Source: Acinetobacter phage vB_Aba_01KA. Taken from it: a stretch of DNA of 39,611 nucleotides. The stretch lies in the sequence record PV615262.1; one strand, written 5' to 3'. How positions within the stretch are numbered: the first letter of the stretch is position 1; every line of letters starts with the position of its first letter. A model generated the notes under the pieces. That model was not told the DNA's origin. It saw nothing but the letters and a program-made list of their open reading frames with translations, and made no database searches. Both the position numbers and the translations under genes were made by a program. This document shows, piece after piece, positions 31,949 through 39,611 of this stretch.

Positions 31949-32081
31949 CCAAGAGATAGACTCAAGGTTTTCCCACTAAGTCAGTACATACGGATTGTGC
32001 TGCAAGCTTGGCAACGATAGGCCCGTCTGGTCAGCGCTAGTGACCGAACCCAAACTAAAATTGAACAAGGAGAATTATCAT

Positions 32082-33125
32082 ATGGCAAACGTTCCGGGTC
32101 AGAAAATTGGTGCAGACCAAGGTAAAGGCAAATCCAGTTCCGACGCTCTGGCGTTGTTCCTGAAGGTATTTGCTGGTGAAGTCCTGACAGCATTCACTCG
32201 CCGCTCTGTAACTGCTGACAAGCATATTGTCCGTACCATTCAGAACGGTAAGTCTGCTCAGTTCCCGGTCATGGGTCGCACCTCTGGTGTGTATCTGGCT
32301 CCGGGTGAGCGACTGTCCGATAAGCGTAAAGGTATCAAACATACCGAGAAAGTGATTACCATTGATGGTCTGCTGACTGCCGATGTGATGATTTTCGACA
32401 TTGAAGACGCAATGAACCACTATGACGTGGCTGGCGAGTATTCCAACCAGTTGGGCGAAGCTCTGGCTATCGCTGCTGATGGTGCGGTGCTGGCTGAAAT
32501 GGCGATCCTGTGTAACCTCCCGGCTGCATCCAACGAGAACATCGCGGGTCTGGGCACTGCGTCCGTACTGGAAGTTGGTAAGGCAGCAGACCTGAACACT
32601 CCTGCTAAACTGGGTGAAGCAATCATTGGTCAACTGACCATTGCTCGTGCGAAGCTGACCTCCAACTACGTTCCTGCTGGCGACCGTTACTTCTACACCA
32701 CTCCTGACAACTACTCTGCAATCCTCGCGGCTCTGATGCCGAACGCTGCTAACTATGCTGCGCTGATTGACCCAGAGACTGGTAACATCCGTAACGTAAT
32801 GGGCTTCGTGGTTGTTGAAGTTCCACACTTGACTCAGGGTGGTGCTGGTGAAACTCGTGGTGAGGATGGTATCACTATTGCAACTGGTCAGAAGCACGCC
32901 TTCCCAGCTACTGCTGCTGGTGATGTTAAAGTTGCTCTGGACAACGTTGTGGGCCTGTTCTCTCACCGTTCGGCTGTAGGCACTGTGAAGCTGCGTGACT
33001 TGGCGCTGGAACGTGACCGTGACGTAGATGCTCAGGGCGACCTGATTGTTGGTAAATACGCTATGGGTCACGGTGGTCTGCGTCCTGAAGCGGCTGGCGC
33101 ACTGGTTTTCAGCCCAGCGACGTAA
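32082..33125 (+). CDS. major capsid protein gp10A
   Basis: ALFLKVF.GEVLTAF, GKSAQFPV, HTEKVITIDGLLTADV, EDAMNHYDV, AALMPNAANYAALIDPE, IRNVMGF.VVEVPHLT, SAVGTVKLRDLALER, AMGHGGLRPEAAG nearly colinear with T7 gp10A; ATG 32082 after AAGGAGAA. Confidence 0.9.
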   Translation: MANVPGQKIGADQGKGKSSSDALALFLKVFAGEVLTAFTRRSVTADKHIVRTIQNGKSAQFPVMGRTSGVYLAPGERLSDKRKGIKHTEKVITIDGLLTADVMIFDIEDAMNHYDVAGEYSNQLGEALAIAADGAVLAEMAILCNLPAASNENIAGLGTASVLEVGKAADLNTPAKLGEAIIGQLTIARAKLTSNYVPAGDRYFYTTPDNYSAILAALMPNAANYAALIDPETGNIRNVMGFVVVEVPHLTQGGAGETRGEDGITIATGQKHAFPATAAGDVKVALDNVVGLFSHRSAVGTVKLRDLALERDRDVDAQGDLIVGKYAMGHGGLRPEAAGALVFSPAT

Positions 33126-33256
33126 GCACCTTTAGCCAACCTAACGTCGCTACAGTAGCGGCTGCACCTGAAGAGGAGACTCTAACTCCTCAACAGAAAG
33201 CTGCGCGTACTCGTGCTGCGAACAGGGCCGCTAAACTGGCTGAGTCCAACAACTAA
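32082..33256 (+). CDS. minor capsid protein gp10B (predicted -1 ribosomal frameshift product)
   Basis: GGTTTTC at 33104-33110, at the same relative position as in T7 gene 10; the -1 frame is open for 48 codons to TAA 33254-33256 (QPSDVSTFSQPNVATVAAAPEEETLTPQQKAARTRAANRAAKLAESNN). Confidence 0.5.
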
Positions 33257-33261
33257 TTGAA

Positions 33262-33299
33262 ACCCCTTGGGTGCCTTCGGGTGCTTGAGGGGTTTTTTG
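33262..33299 (+). terminator. Tphi-like late terminator
   Basis: AACCCCTTGGGTGCC-TTCG-GGTGCTTGAGGGG followed by TTTTTTG; near-identical in form to the T7 Tphi hairpin. Confidence 0.8.
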
Positions 33300-33313
33300 C
33301 TTAAGGAGGTACT

Positions 33314-33403
33314 ATGGTCCTTATTTACACAGGGTTAGCACTATTCGTCTTATTCTGGGCGTACCTGCTGTCCAGCTCACCGTCTAGCGCCTATGACCGT
33401 TAA
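33314..33403 (+). CDS. possible small hydrophobic peptide (29 aa) between Tphi and gene 11
   Basis: AAGGAGGT 5 nt before ATG 33314; MVLIYTGLALFVLFWAYLLSSSPSSAYDR; stop overlaps the gene 11 RBS. Confidence 0.3.
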   Translation: MVLIYTGLALFVLFWAYLLSSSPSSAYDR

Positions 33404-33414
33404 GGAGTAAACCT

Positions 33415-33981
33415 ATGGCTCAATACATTCCACTGAATGCTAACGATGACTTAGACGCCATCAACGATATGTTAGCTGCTATCGGTGAACCAGCAGTCCT
33501 ACAGCTTGACGAGGGGAACGCTGACGTCTCAAACGCTCAACGTATCCTGCATCGTGTCAATCGTCAGGTCCAAGCTAAAGGCTGGAACTTTAATATCAAT
33601 GAAGCTGCTGTCCTGACACCTGATGTCCAAGACAATAGGATTCGATTCTTGCCGTCATACCTTCGCGTAATGACCGCTGGGGCCACCAGCTACTACAGCA
33701 ACATGGGTGGATACCTGTACGACCTATCCACTCAGTCAACCACTTTCACCGACCCCATCACGGTAGAGCTTGTGGAGATGAAGCCATTCTCCGAGATGCC
33801 TGTGGTCTTCAGGGACTACATCGTCACTAAAGCTAGCCGTGAGTTCAACGCTAAGTTCTTCGGTAGCCCAGAGTCAGAGCTATACCTTCGTGAGCAGGAA
33901 GCAGAACTCTATCAGCAGGTTATGGAGTACGAGATGGATACTGGGCGCTACAACATGATGTCTGACATCGGGAGGGACTAA
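33415..33981 (+). CDS. tail tubular protein A (gp11)
   Basis: 188 aa; RBS AAGGAG; position and size of T7 gene 11. Confidence 0.8.
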   Translation: MAQYIPLNANDDLDAINDMLAAIGEPAVLQLDEGNADVSNAQRILHRVNRQVQAKGWNFNINEAAVLTPDVQDNRIRFLPSYLRVMTAGATSYYSNMGGYLYDLSTQSTTFTDPITVELVEMKPFSEMPVVFRDYIVTKASREFNAKFFGSPESELYLREQEAELYQQVMEYEMDTGRYNMMSDIGRD

Positions 33982-34208
33982 TGGCTAGTCACAACCTGAA
34001 GATTCACCGCCAGCACTTTGGTCCGGTACAGCTAGGCCTAAAGACAGCAGAGCTGAGACTTAACGACCGGGACTTTAAGGTTGGCGATTGGCTTATCCTG
34101 AATGAGTGGGACAACGGGTATACTGGACAACAGGTAGCACGTAAGGTTGTCCACATTGCTGACGTTGGTGACATCGCTGAGGGATACGTCCTAATGAGTA
34201 TGATTTAA
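33981..34208 (+). CDS. small PUA-like (ASCH/DUF3850-type) protein inserted between genes 11 and 12
   Basis: 75 aa; LKIHRQHFGPVQLGLKTAELRLNDRDFKVGDWLILNEWDNG..YTG pattern resembles the ASCH/DUF3850 small-protein family as I recall it; ATGA start overlap with gene 11. Confidence 0.5.
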   Translation: MASHNLKIHRQHFGPVQLGLKTAELRLNDRDFKVGDWLILNEWDNGYTGQQVARKVVHIADVGDIAEGYVLMSMI

Positions 34209-34217
34209 GGAGGGCCT

Positions 34218-36574
34218 ATGCCACTAATTACTCAATCAATCAAGAACCTTAAAGGTGGCATTAGCCAGCAGCCAGACATACTGAGGTTCTCAGACCAAGG
34301 CGAGGAGCAAATTAACTGCTGGTCATCAGAGAGTGATGGCCTCCAGAAGCGCCCACCTACAGTCTTCAAGAGACGTCTTAACATCGACGTTGGGAGCAAC
34401 CCTAAGTTCCACCTGATTAACCGTGATGAGCAGGAGCAGTATTACATCGTGTTCAACGGGTCCAACATTCAGGTAGTAGACTTGAGCGGCAATCAATACT
34501 CAGTTTCTGGTGCGGTAGACTACGTTCAGTCCTCCAACCCACGAGATGACATCCGTGTCGTTACCGTGGCAGACTATACGTTCGTCGTTAACCGTAAGGT
34601 TGTCGTCAAAGGCGGAAGCGAGAAGTCACACTCTGGTTATAACCGCAAAGCACGAGCTTTAATTAACCTGCGTGGTGGACAGTATGGTCGCACCCTTAAG
34701 GTAGGAATCAATGGAGGCGTTAAAGTTTCGCATAAGTTGCCAGCAGGTAATGATGCCGAGAATGACCCTCCTAAGGTTGATGCTCAGGCTATCGGTGCGG
34801 CTCTGAGAGACCTTCTTGTTGCTTCTTACCCTGCCTTCACGTTCGACCTTGGGTCTGGCTTCCTGTTAATCACTGCCCCCTCAGGGACTGACATTAACTC
34901 AGTGGAGACGGAGGATGGCTATGCTAACCAGCTAATAAGCCCAGTCCTAGACACTGTGCAGACAATCTCTAAACTGCCTCTTGCCGCTCCTAATGGATAT
35001 ATCATTAAGATTCAAGGTGAGACAAACAGTAGCGCCGATGAATACTACGTGATGTATGACTCCAACACTAAGACGTGGAAGGAGACAGTGGAGCCGGGAG
35101 TTGTCACTGGGTTCGATAACACCACAATGCCCCACGCTCTGGTACGACAATCTGATGGCTCCTTTGAGTTCAAGACTCTGGACTGGTCGAAGCGTGGTGC
35201 TGGTAATGATGATACAAACCCTATGCCTAGCTTCGTGGATGCTAAGATTAACGATGTGTTCTTCTACAGGAATAGGCTGGGGTTCTTGTCAGGTGAGAAC
35301 GTAATCATGAGCCGTTCAGCCAGCTACTTTGCGTTCTTCCCTAAGAGTGTGGCGACACTGAGTGATGATGACCCTATTGATGTAGCTGTAAGTCACCCTC
35401 GAATCTCAATCCTTAAGTATGCCGTTCCGTTTAGCGAGCAGCTACTACTTTGGTCGGATGAAGTTCAGTTCGTGATGACAAGCTCTGGTGTCCTTACCTC
35501 GAAGTCTATCCAGCTTGATGTAGGCTCAGAGTTTGCCCTAGGTGACAATGCCAGACCGTTCGCTGTAGGACGCTCAGTCTTCTTCTCAGCGCCTCGTGGA
35601 TCATTCACCAGCATTAAGCGATACTTCGCTGTAGCTGATGTGTCTGATGTGAAGGATGCAGATGATACAACTGGTCACGTACTGTCCTACATCCCTAACG
35701 GGGTGTTTGATATTCAAGGTACAGGTACTGAGAACTACATCTGCGTCAACTCTACAGGTGCATACAACCGAATCTACATCTACAAGTTCTTGTTTAAGGA
35801 CGGCGTACAGCTTCAAGCCTCTTGGTCACACTGGGAGTTCCCTAAAGATGATAAGATTCTTGCGTCTGCATCTATTGGCTCTACCATGTTCATCGTTCGT
35901 CAGCACCAATGGGGGTAGACATTGAGCACCTTAAGTTCATCAAGGAGGCAACTGACTTTCCGTCAGAGCCGTATAGACTCCACGTTGACTCCAAGGTGTC
36001 TATGGTCATCCCAATTGGCTCGTTTAATGCTGACACATATAAGACTACGGTTGACATTGGTGCTGCTTATGGCGGTAACGCTCCGTCTCCCGGTAGGTAC
36101 TATCTGATTGATAGTCAGGGTGCTTATTTGGACCTTGGGGAATTAACCAGTATCTCTACTGTGATTACCCTCAACGGCGATTGGTCAGGACGTACAGTGT
36201 TCATCGGACGGTCCTATCTGATGTCCTACAAGTTCTCACGGTTCCTGATTAAGATTGAAGATGATAGGGGCACTCAGTCTGAAGACACTGGTCGTCTACA
36301 GCTTCGTCGGGCTTGGGTCAACTACAAGGACACTGGCGCTCTGAGACTCATTGTCAGAAACGGTGAGCGAGAGTTCGTTAACACCTTTAATGGGTACACC
36401 CTTGGTCAGCAAACCATAGGGACTACTAACATTGGTGACGGGCAGTATCGCTTCGCTATGAATGGTAACGCATTAACCACGAGTCTAACCTTAGAGTCCG
36501 ACTATCCTACCCCAGTGTCAATCGTTGGGTGTGGCTGGGAGGCGTCATACGCTAAGAAAGCTCGTTCCGTCTAA
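34218..36574 (+). CDS. tail tubular protein B (gp12), one apparent frameshift near 35905
   Basis: ITQSIKNLKGGISQQPD..R start region and overall length (566 + 221 aa pieces) match T7 gp12; RBS AAGGAGGG. Confidence 0.85.
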
Positions 36575-36581
36575 CTTATTG

Positions 36582-36631
36582 AAGGGCCTATAGATTTACC
36601 TTAACTATCACTATAGGGACTATAGGCCCTT
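36582..36631 (+). promoter_or_regulatory. phage promoter (phi13-equivalent, core 36602-36619) embedded in a perfect 12-bp inverted repeat
   Basis: AAGGGCCTATAG (36582-36593) and CTATAGGCCCTT (36620-36631) flank TTAACTATCACTATAGGGA. Confidence 0.7.
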
Positions 36632-36650
36632 AAGGTTATAAGGAGACTTT

Positions 36651-37052
36651 ATGTATATTCGCAAGGCTACGGAACCTGATGTCCACTACTTTCTGTGGCA
36701 TCTTTCAGCAGATGATGTTAATGAGTGCAAAGCAAACTACGGGTCAACCGTTGGTCTCTCTGAAAGACTGCTTAAGCACCTATCTCCGTCATCTGTGGTT
36801 TTAACGAACGGTGTAGGCGAAGTGTTTGCCTATGGTGGAAACCAAGGGGATAACGTATGGTTCTTGACTTCAGGTCTGGTCTATAAGCTGAGACCTAAAG
36901 AGAAGCGAGAGTTCATAAAGCATATCTCTGAGTACAGGGACTTAATGTTAGACCAATACGGGACCATCTGGAACTACGTGTGGTCAGGCAATAAGTCTCA
37001 CATTAAATTCTTGAAGTTGCTTGGGCTAAATTCCATGATGATTGGACTGTAA
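36651..37052 (+). CDS. internal virion protein gp13
   Basis: 133 aa; RBS AAGGAGA; synteny and size. Confidence 0.7.
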   Translation: MYIRKATEPDVHYFLWHLSADDVNECKANYGSTVGLSERLLKHLSPSSVVLTNGVGEVFAYGGNQGDNVWFLTSGLVYKLRPKEKREFIKHISEYRDLMLDQYGTIWNYVWSGNKSHIKFLKLLGLNSMMIGL

Positions 37053-37104
37053 GCCCAGTAACTGGTGAGCGTTTTCAACTATTCACTATCTCTAAGGAGG
37101 ACGT

Positions 37105-37692
37105 ATGTGCGAGCCAATTAGCATAGGCATGGGTGTACTGTCTGTAGCCGGGGCCACTATGTCCGCATCCCAACAGGCCAAGGCTGAGGGTGCAGCCATC
37201 GACGCTCAGAACCGACAGGCTCAGGAAATGGTTAAGCAGATGAACTACTCTGATGCCAACCTGAGGATGCAGGAGCGAGACCTGAAGGAGCAGCAGATGG
37301 CTGAACTGACAGAGACCACGCTCAACGGTATCCGCAATCAGGGTATGGTCAGAGCTGCGGTGGCTGAGTCCGGTCTGGAAGGTAACTCTATGGACAGGAT
37401 TGAACGTCAGGTCGCAGGAGATACAGTCAAGGAGCGAGCGGGGATTACCGAAAGTTACAACCGCGACTATGCGGCTATCTTCGGGAACCGTATCGCCAAC
37501 ATTGAGAACACCAAGTCTGCTATCCGTGGTCAAGGTAAAATCATCAAGACCAGCCCACTGGCTCATGCACTTAATGTTGCTAACGCCGGGATGCAAGGTT
37601 ACGCCGCTGGTAAGTCAATCTCTGGAGCGTCCAGCTCTGGCGGTGCTGCACCAATTAGTGCTGCTAAAGGCACACCTACAGGTCATAGCTAA
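37105..37692 (+). CDS. internal virion protein gp14
   Basis: 195 aa; RBS AAGGAGG; N-terminal hydrophobic segment; synteny and size. Confidence 0.7.
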   Translation: MCEPISIGMGVLSVAGATMSASQQAKAEGAAIDAQNRQAQEMVKQMNYSDANLRMQERDLKEQQMAELTETTLNGIRNQGMVRAAVAESGLEGNSMDRIERQVAGDTVKERAGITESYNRDYAAIFGNRIANIENTKSAIRGQGKIIKTSPLAHALNVANAGMQGYAAGKSISGASSSGGAAPISAAKGTPTGHS

Positions 37693-37703
37693 GAGGAGGA
37701 CTA

Positions 37704-39611
37704 ATGGCTAGTAATATTGAATCAGCTCTGGCTAATCGGACTATGGGTCGTGGCAGAGCGCCTGGTAAAACTATCGCCGTCAACTATCAAGCAGCCAGCG
37801 TTCAGGCTCCAACTGGTGACTCCGGTCTGGCTCGTGCGTTAACCAACTTCGTTGAGTCTGGGACTGGATTGTACAAGCAGTTCAAGGACGAGGAGAAGAC
37901 CAGAGCTGACGAGCGGTCTAACGAGATTATCCGTAAACTGACACCTCAACAAAGACGTGAGGCTATCCAGAACGGCACATTGCTGTATCAGGATGACCCT
38001 TACGCTATGGAAGCACTTCGAGTCAAGACTGGTCGTAATGCTGCCTTTGCTGTAGACGACGAGATTAACGTTAAGATTCAGAACGGTGAGTTCCGTACAC
38101 GTCAGGACATGGAAGAGTATCGCCACCAGCGACTTCAGGATGCCGCTAAGTCCTATGCTGAAGAGGTGGGCATTAACCCTACAGACGAGTTCTTCCAGCG
38201 TGGGTTCAACGATAACATCACAGACCGCAACATCGCTATCTATGGGTCTTTCAATAAGTATTTCAGCAAGCAGTCTGAAGAGACAGCAATGTTGAACACC
38301 CGTATTGAGATGAACTCATTCCTGAACGATGGCGACCTGATGCGTTCACCTGAGTCTGGCAAGACATTCATGGCCTACCTTCGTGATGGACTGACTACTG
38401 CTGCTATCCCCTCGGACCAGCGAGCGCGGGAGGTCATTACCCAGACGGTCCGTGACGCAATCCAGAAGTCAGGCGGCTCAAGCTTCCTACAGCAAGTACG
38501 AGGCGAGCGAATCACCCTTAACGGCGTGGATGCTACAGTCGAAGAGATTGTAGGACCTGATGTCTTCAACGCTGCTATTGTTGAGGCACAAGGAACTGAG
38601 TACAAGCTGGTGGCTAAGTATCAGGAAGACTTAGCGTTAGGCGTTCAGTCTGCGATTCTTCAGGACGACCCAACCATCGGTCTTGCCCAGATTCAGAAAC
38701 TCAAGGAGCAGAACAACCTGCTTCAGCCGGGTGAAGAACTTACGCCTCAGCGTCAGATGCTTATTAATGCCGAAGCCAGCTTACTGGAAGCGGTAAAGCG
38801 TAAGTCTGCTGAACAGGCGAAGGAGAACACGAAGTTAATCCAGACCCAGAACAAGCAACTGGTCATTGACCAAGTTTATCAGCGACGTCTGGCTGGAGAC
38901 AACGTGTCCACCAACTATGAGGACCTTCCGGTCTCTGAAGCCACAGGAGAGTACAAGCGTTCAGACATGAACAACTATGCGTCTTCTAAGCTACAGCAGA
39001 TTGACCAGATGGACATCCCTGAGGCTGCTAAGGACGCACAGAAGGTGGCATTGTTAAGAGCTGACACTAACAACGGTCCGTTCCGTAATGCCTTCCAGAC
39101 GCTTACTCAGGACGCTGCTGGTGAGTGGCAAGCTGCCGTCATCCGTGGACAGTACGACCCAGACAAGATGCAACGCTTCGAGTCTCTTCGTCGTGCCTAC
39201 AATCAGGACCCTTCAAGTTTCGCTGCTCTATATCCTGACCAAGCTCAGTTGTTCTCTACGTTCGACCAGATGGACAAGATGGGTCTGGACCCTCAGACGA
39301 TGATTGAAGCTGATAAGCAAGCTGCAAGCCAAAGCCGTGAGATGCGCATGGAGTCAGACAAGGCGTGGCAGGAGTTGAAGAACGACTCTAGGAATAAGGA
39401 CCTTTCGCGTCTTCCTACGTCTCTAGACTCAAGTGCTCGTAAGGTCTGGGACTCATGGTACTATCGTACAGGTAACGCTGACGCTGCAACACAGCAGACT
39501 CAACGCTGGCTGAATGAGAACACCGTAACGTTCCAGTCTGAAGGTTCTGACGGTAAGTCCATCGGCATGGTGTCCAAGCACCAGCTTATGGTCGGGGATA
39601 ACCCAGAGTCG
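37704..39611 (+). CDS. internal virion protein gp15, N-terminal 636 codons (no stop in window; continues at base 1)
   Basis: ATG 37704 after GAGGAGGA; ERSNEIIRKLTPQQRREAIQNGTLLYQDDPYAMEALRVKTGRNAAF, AALYPDQAQLF and DKMGLDPQ closely match T7 gp15 as I recall it; frame is open to the last base. This ORF is not in the supplied track. Confidence 0.85.
   Translation, partial: MASNIESALANRTMGRGRAPGKTIAVNYQAASVQAPTGDSGLARALTNFVESGTGLYKQFKDEEKTRADERSNEIIRKLTPQQRREAIQNGTLLYQDDPYAMEALRVKTGRNAAFAVDDEINVKIQNGEFRTRQDMEEYRHQRLQDAAKSYAEEVGINPTDEFFQRGFNDNITDRNIAIYGSFNKYFSKQSEETAMLNTRIEMNSFLNDGDLMRSPESGKTFMAYLRDGLTTAAIPSDQRAREVITQTVRDAIQKSGGSSFLQQVRGERITLNGVDATVEEIVGPDVFNAAIVEAQGTEYKLVAKYQEDLALGVQSAILQDDPTIGLAQIQKLKEQNNLLQPGEELTPQRQMLINAEASLLEAVKRKSAEQAKENTKLIQTQNKQLVIDQVYQRRLAGDNVSTNYEDLPVSEATGEYKRSDMNNYASSKLQQIDQMDIPEAAKDAQKVALLRADTNNGPFRNAFQTLTQDAAGEWQAAVIRGQYDPDKMQRFESLRRAYNQDPSSFAALYPDQAQLFSTFDQMDKMGLDPQTMIEADKQAASQSREMRMESDKAWQELKNDSRNKDLSRLPTSLDSSARKVWDSWYYRTGNADAATQQTQRWLNENTVTFQSEGSDGKSIGMVSKHQLMVGDNPES

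Noticed and set aside
32000-32030. GCAAGCTTGGC in the gene 10 leader resembling a cloning-vector polylinker (HindIII region)
   Set aside because: Only an 11-nt coincidence inside an otherwise phage-like leader flanked by the phi10 promoter and the capsid RBS; too short to call vector contamination.
32055-33071. 338-aa ORF on the minus strand
   Set aside because: Entirely antisense to the highly conserved major capsid gene; no RBS or promoter logic, and T7-like phages are transcribed from one strand. Long antisense ORFs are expected by chance opposite GC-balanced, codon-biased genes.

Overview
The window is an essentially complete, circularly permuted genome (about 39.6 kb) of a virulent T7-like podophage, with every credible gene on the + strand. 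Gene order in the window: gp15 C-terminus, gp16, tailspike gp17, holin, small terminase, spanins, large terminase, the terminal/left-end region with host sigma70 promoters, early genes (Ocr-like, 0.4-like, small ORFs), single-subunit RNA polymerase, 1.1, 1.2, DNA ligase, gp2, SSB, endonuclease I, lysozyme/amidase, primase-helicase, DNA polymerase, exonuclease, portal, scaffold, major capsid (with a predicted -1 frameshift 10B extension and a Tphi-type terminator), tail tubular proteins and internal virion proteins gp13-gp15; gp15 runs off the window end and resumes at base 1. The tailspike has a T7-like N-terminal adaptor, a sialidase-type domain with Asp-box motifs and a C-terminal intramolecular chaperone domain, which is the architecture of an endosialidase from K1-capsule-specific coliphages (K1F-like). 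At least eleven phage-RNAP promoters share the consensus TAAACTATCACTATAGG(G)A. About a dozen conserved genes carry roughly 19 frame-disrupting single-base indels, almost all in homopolymer runs; I read these as sequencing/assembly artefacts, not biology. I found no clearly novel multi-gene system. The main points of interest are a repeat-flanked small-gene cassette and an extended Ocr homolog in the early region, a phage promoter directly upstream of the RNAP gene, extra ORFs relative to T7 (after gene 1, between genes 3 and 3.5, and an ASCH/DUF3850-like ORF between genes 11 and 12), a non-T7-like N-terminal domain on gp16, and several RNA hairpins with compensatory covariation that look like RNase III processing sites. 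All homology statements rest on my recollection of T7 protein sequences and gene order; no database search was run.
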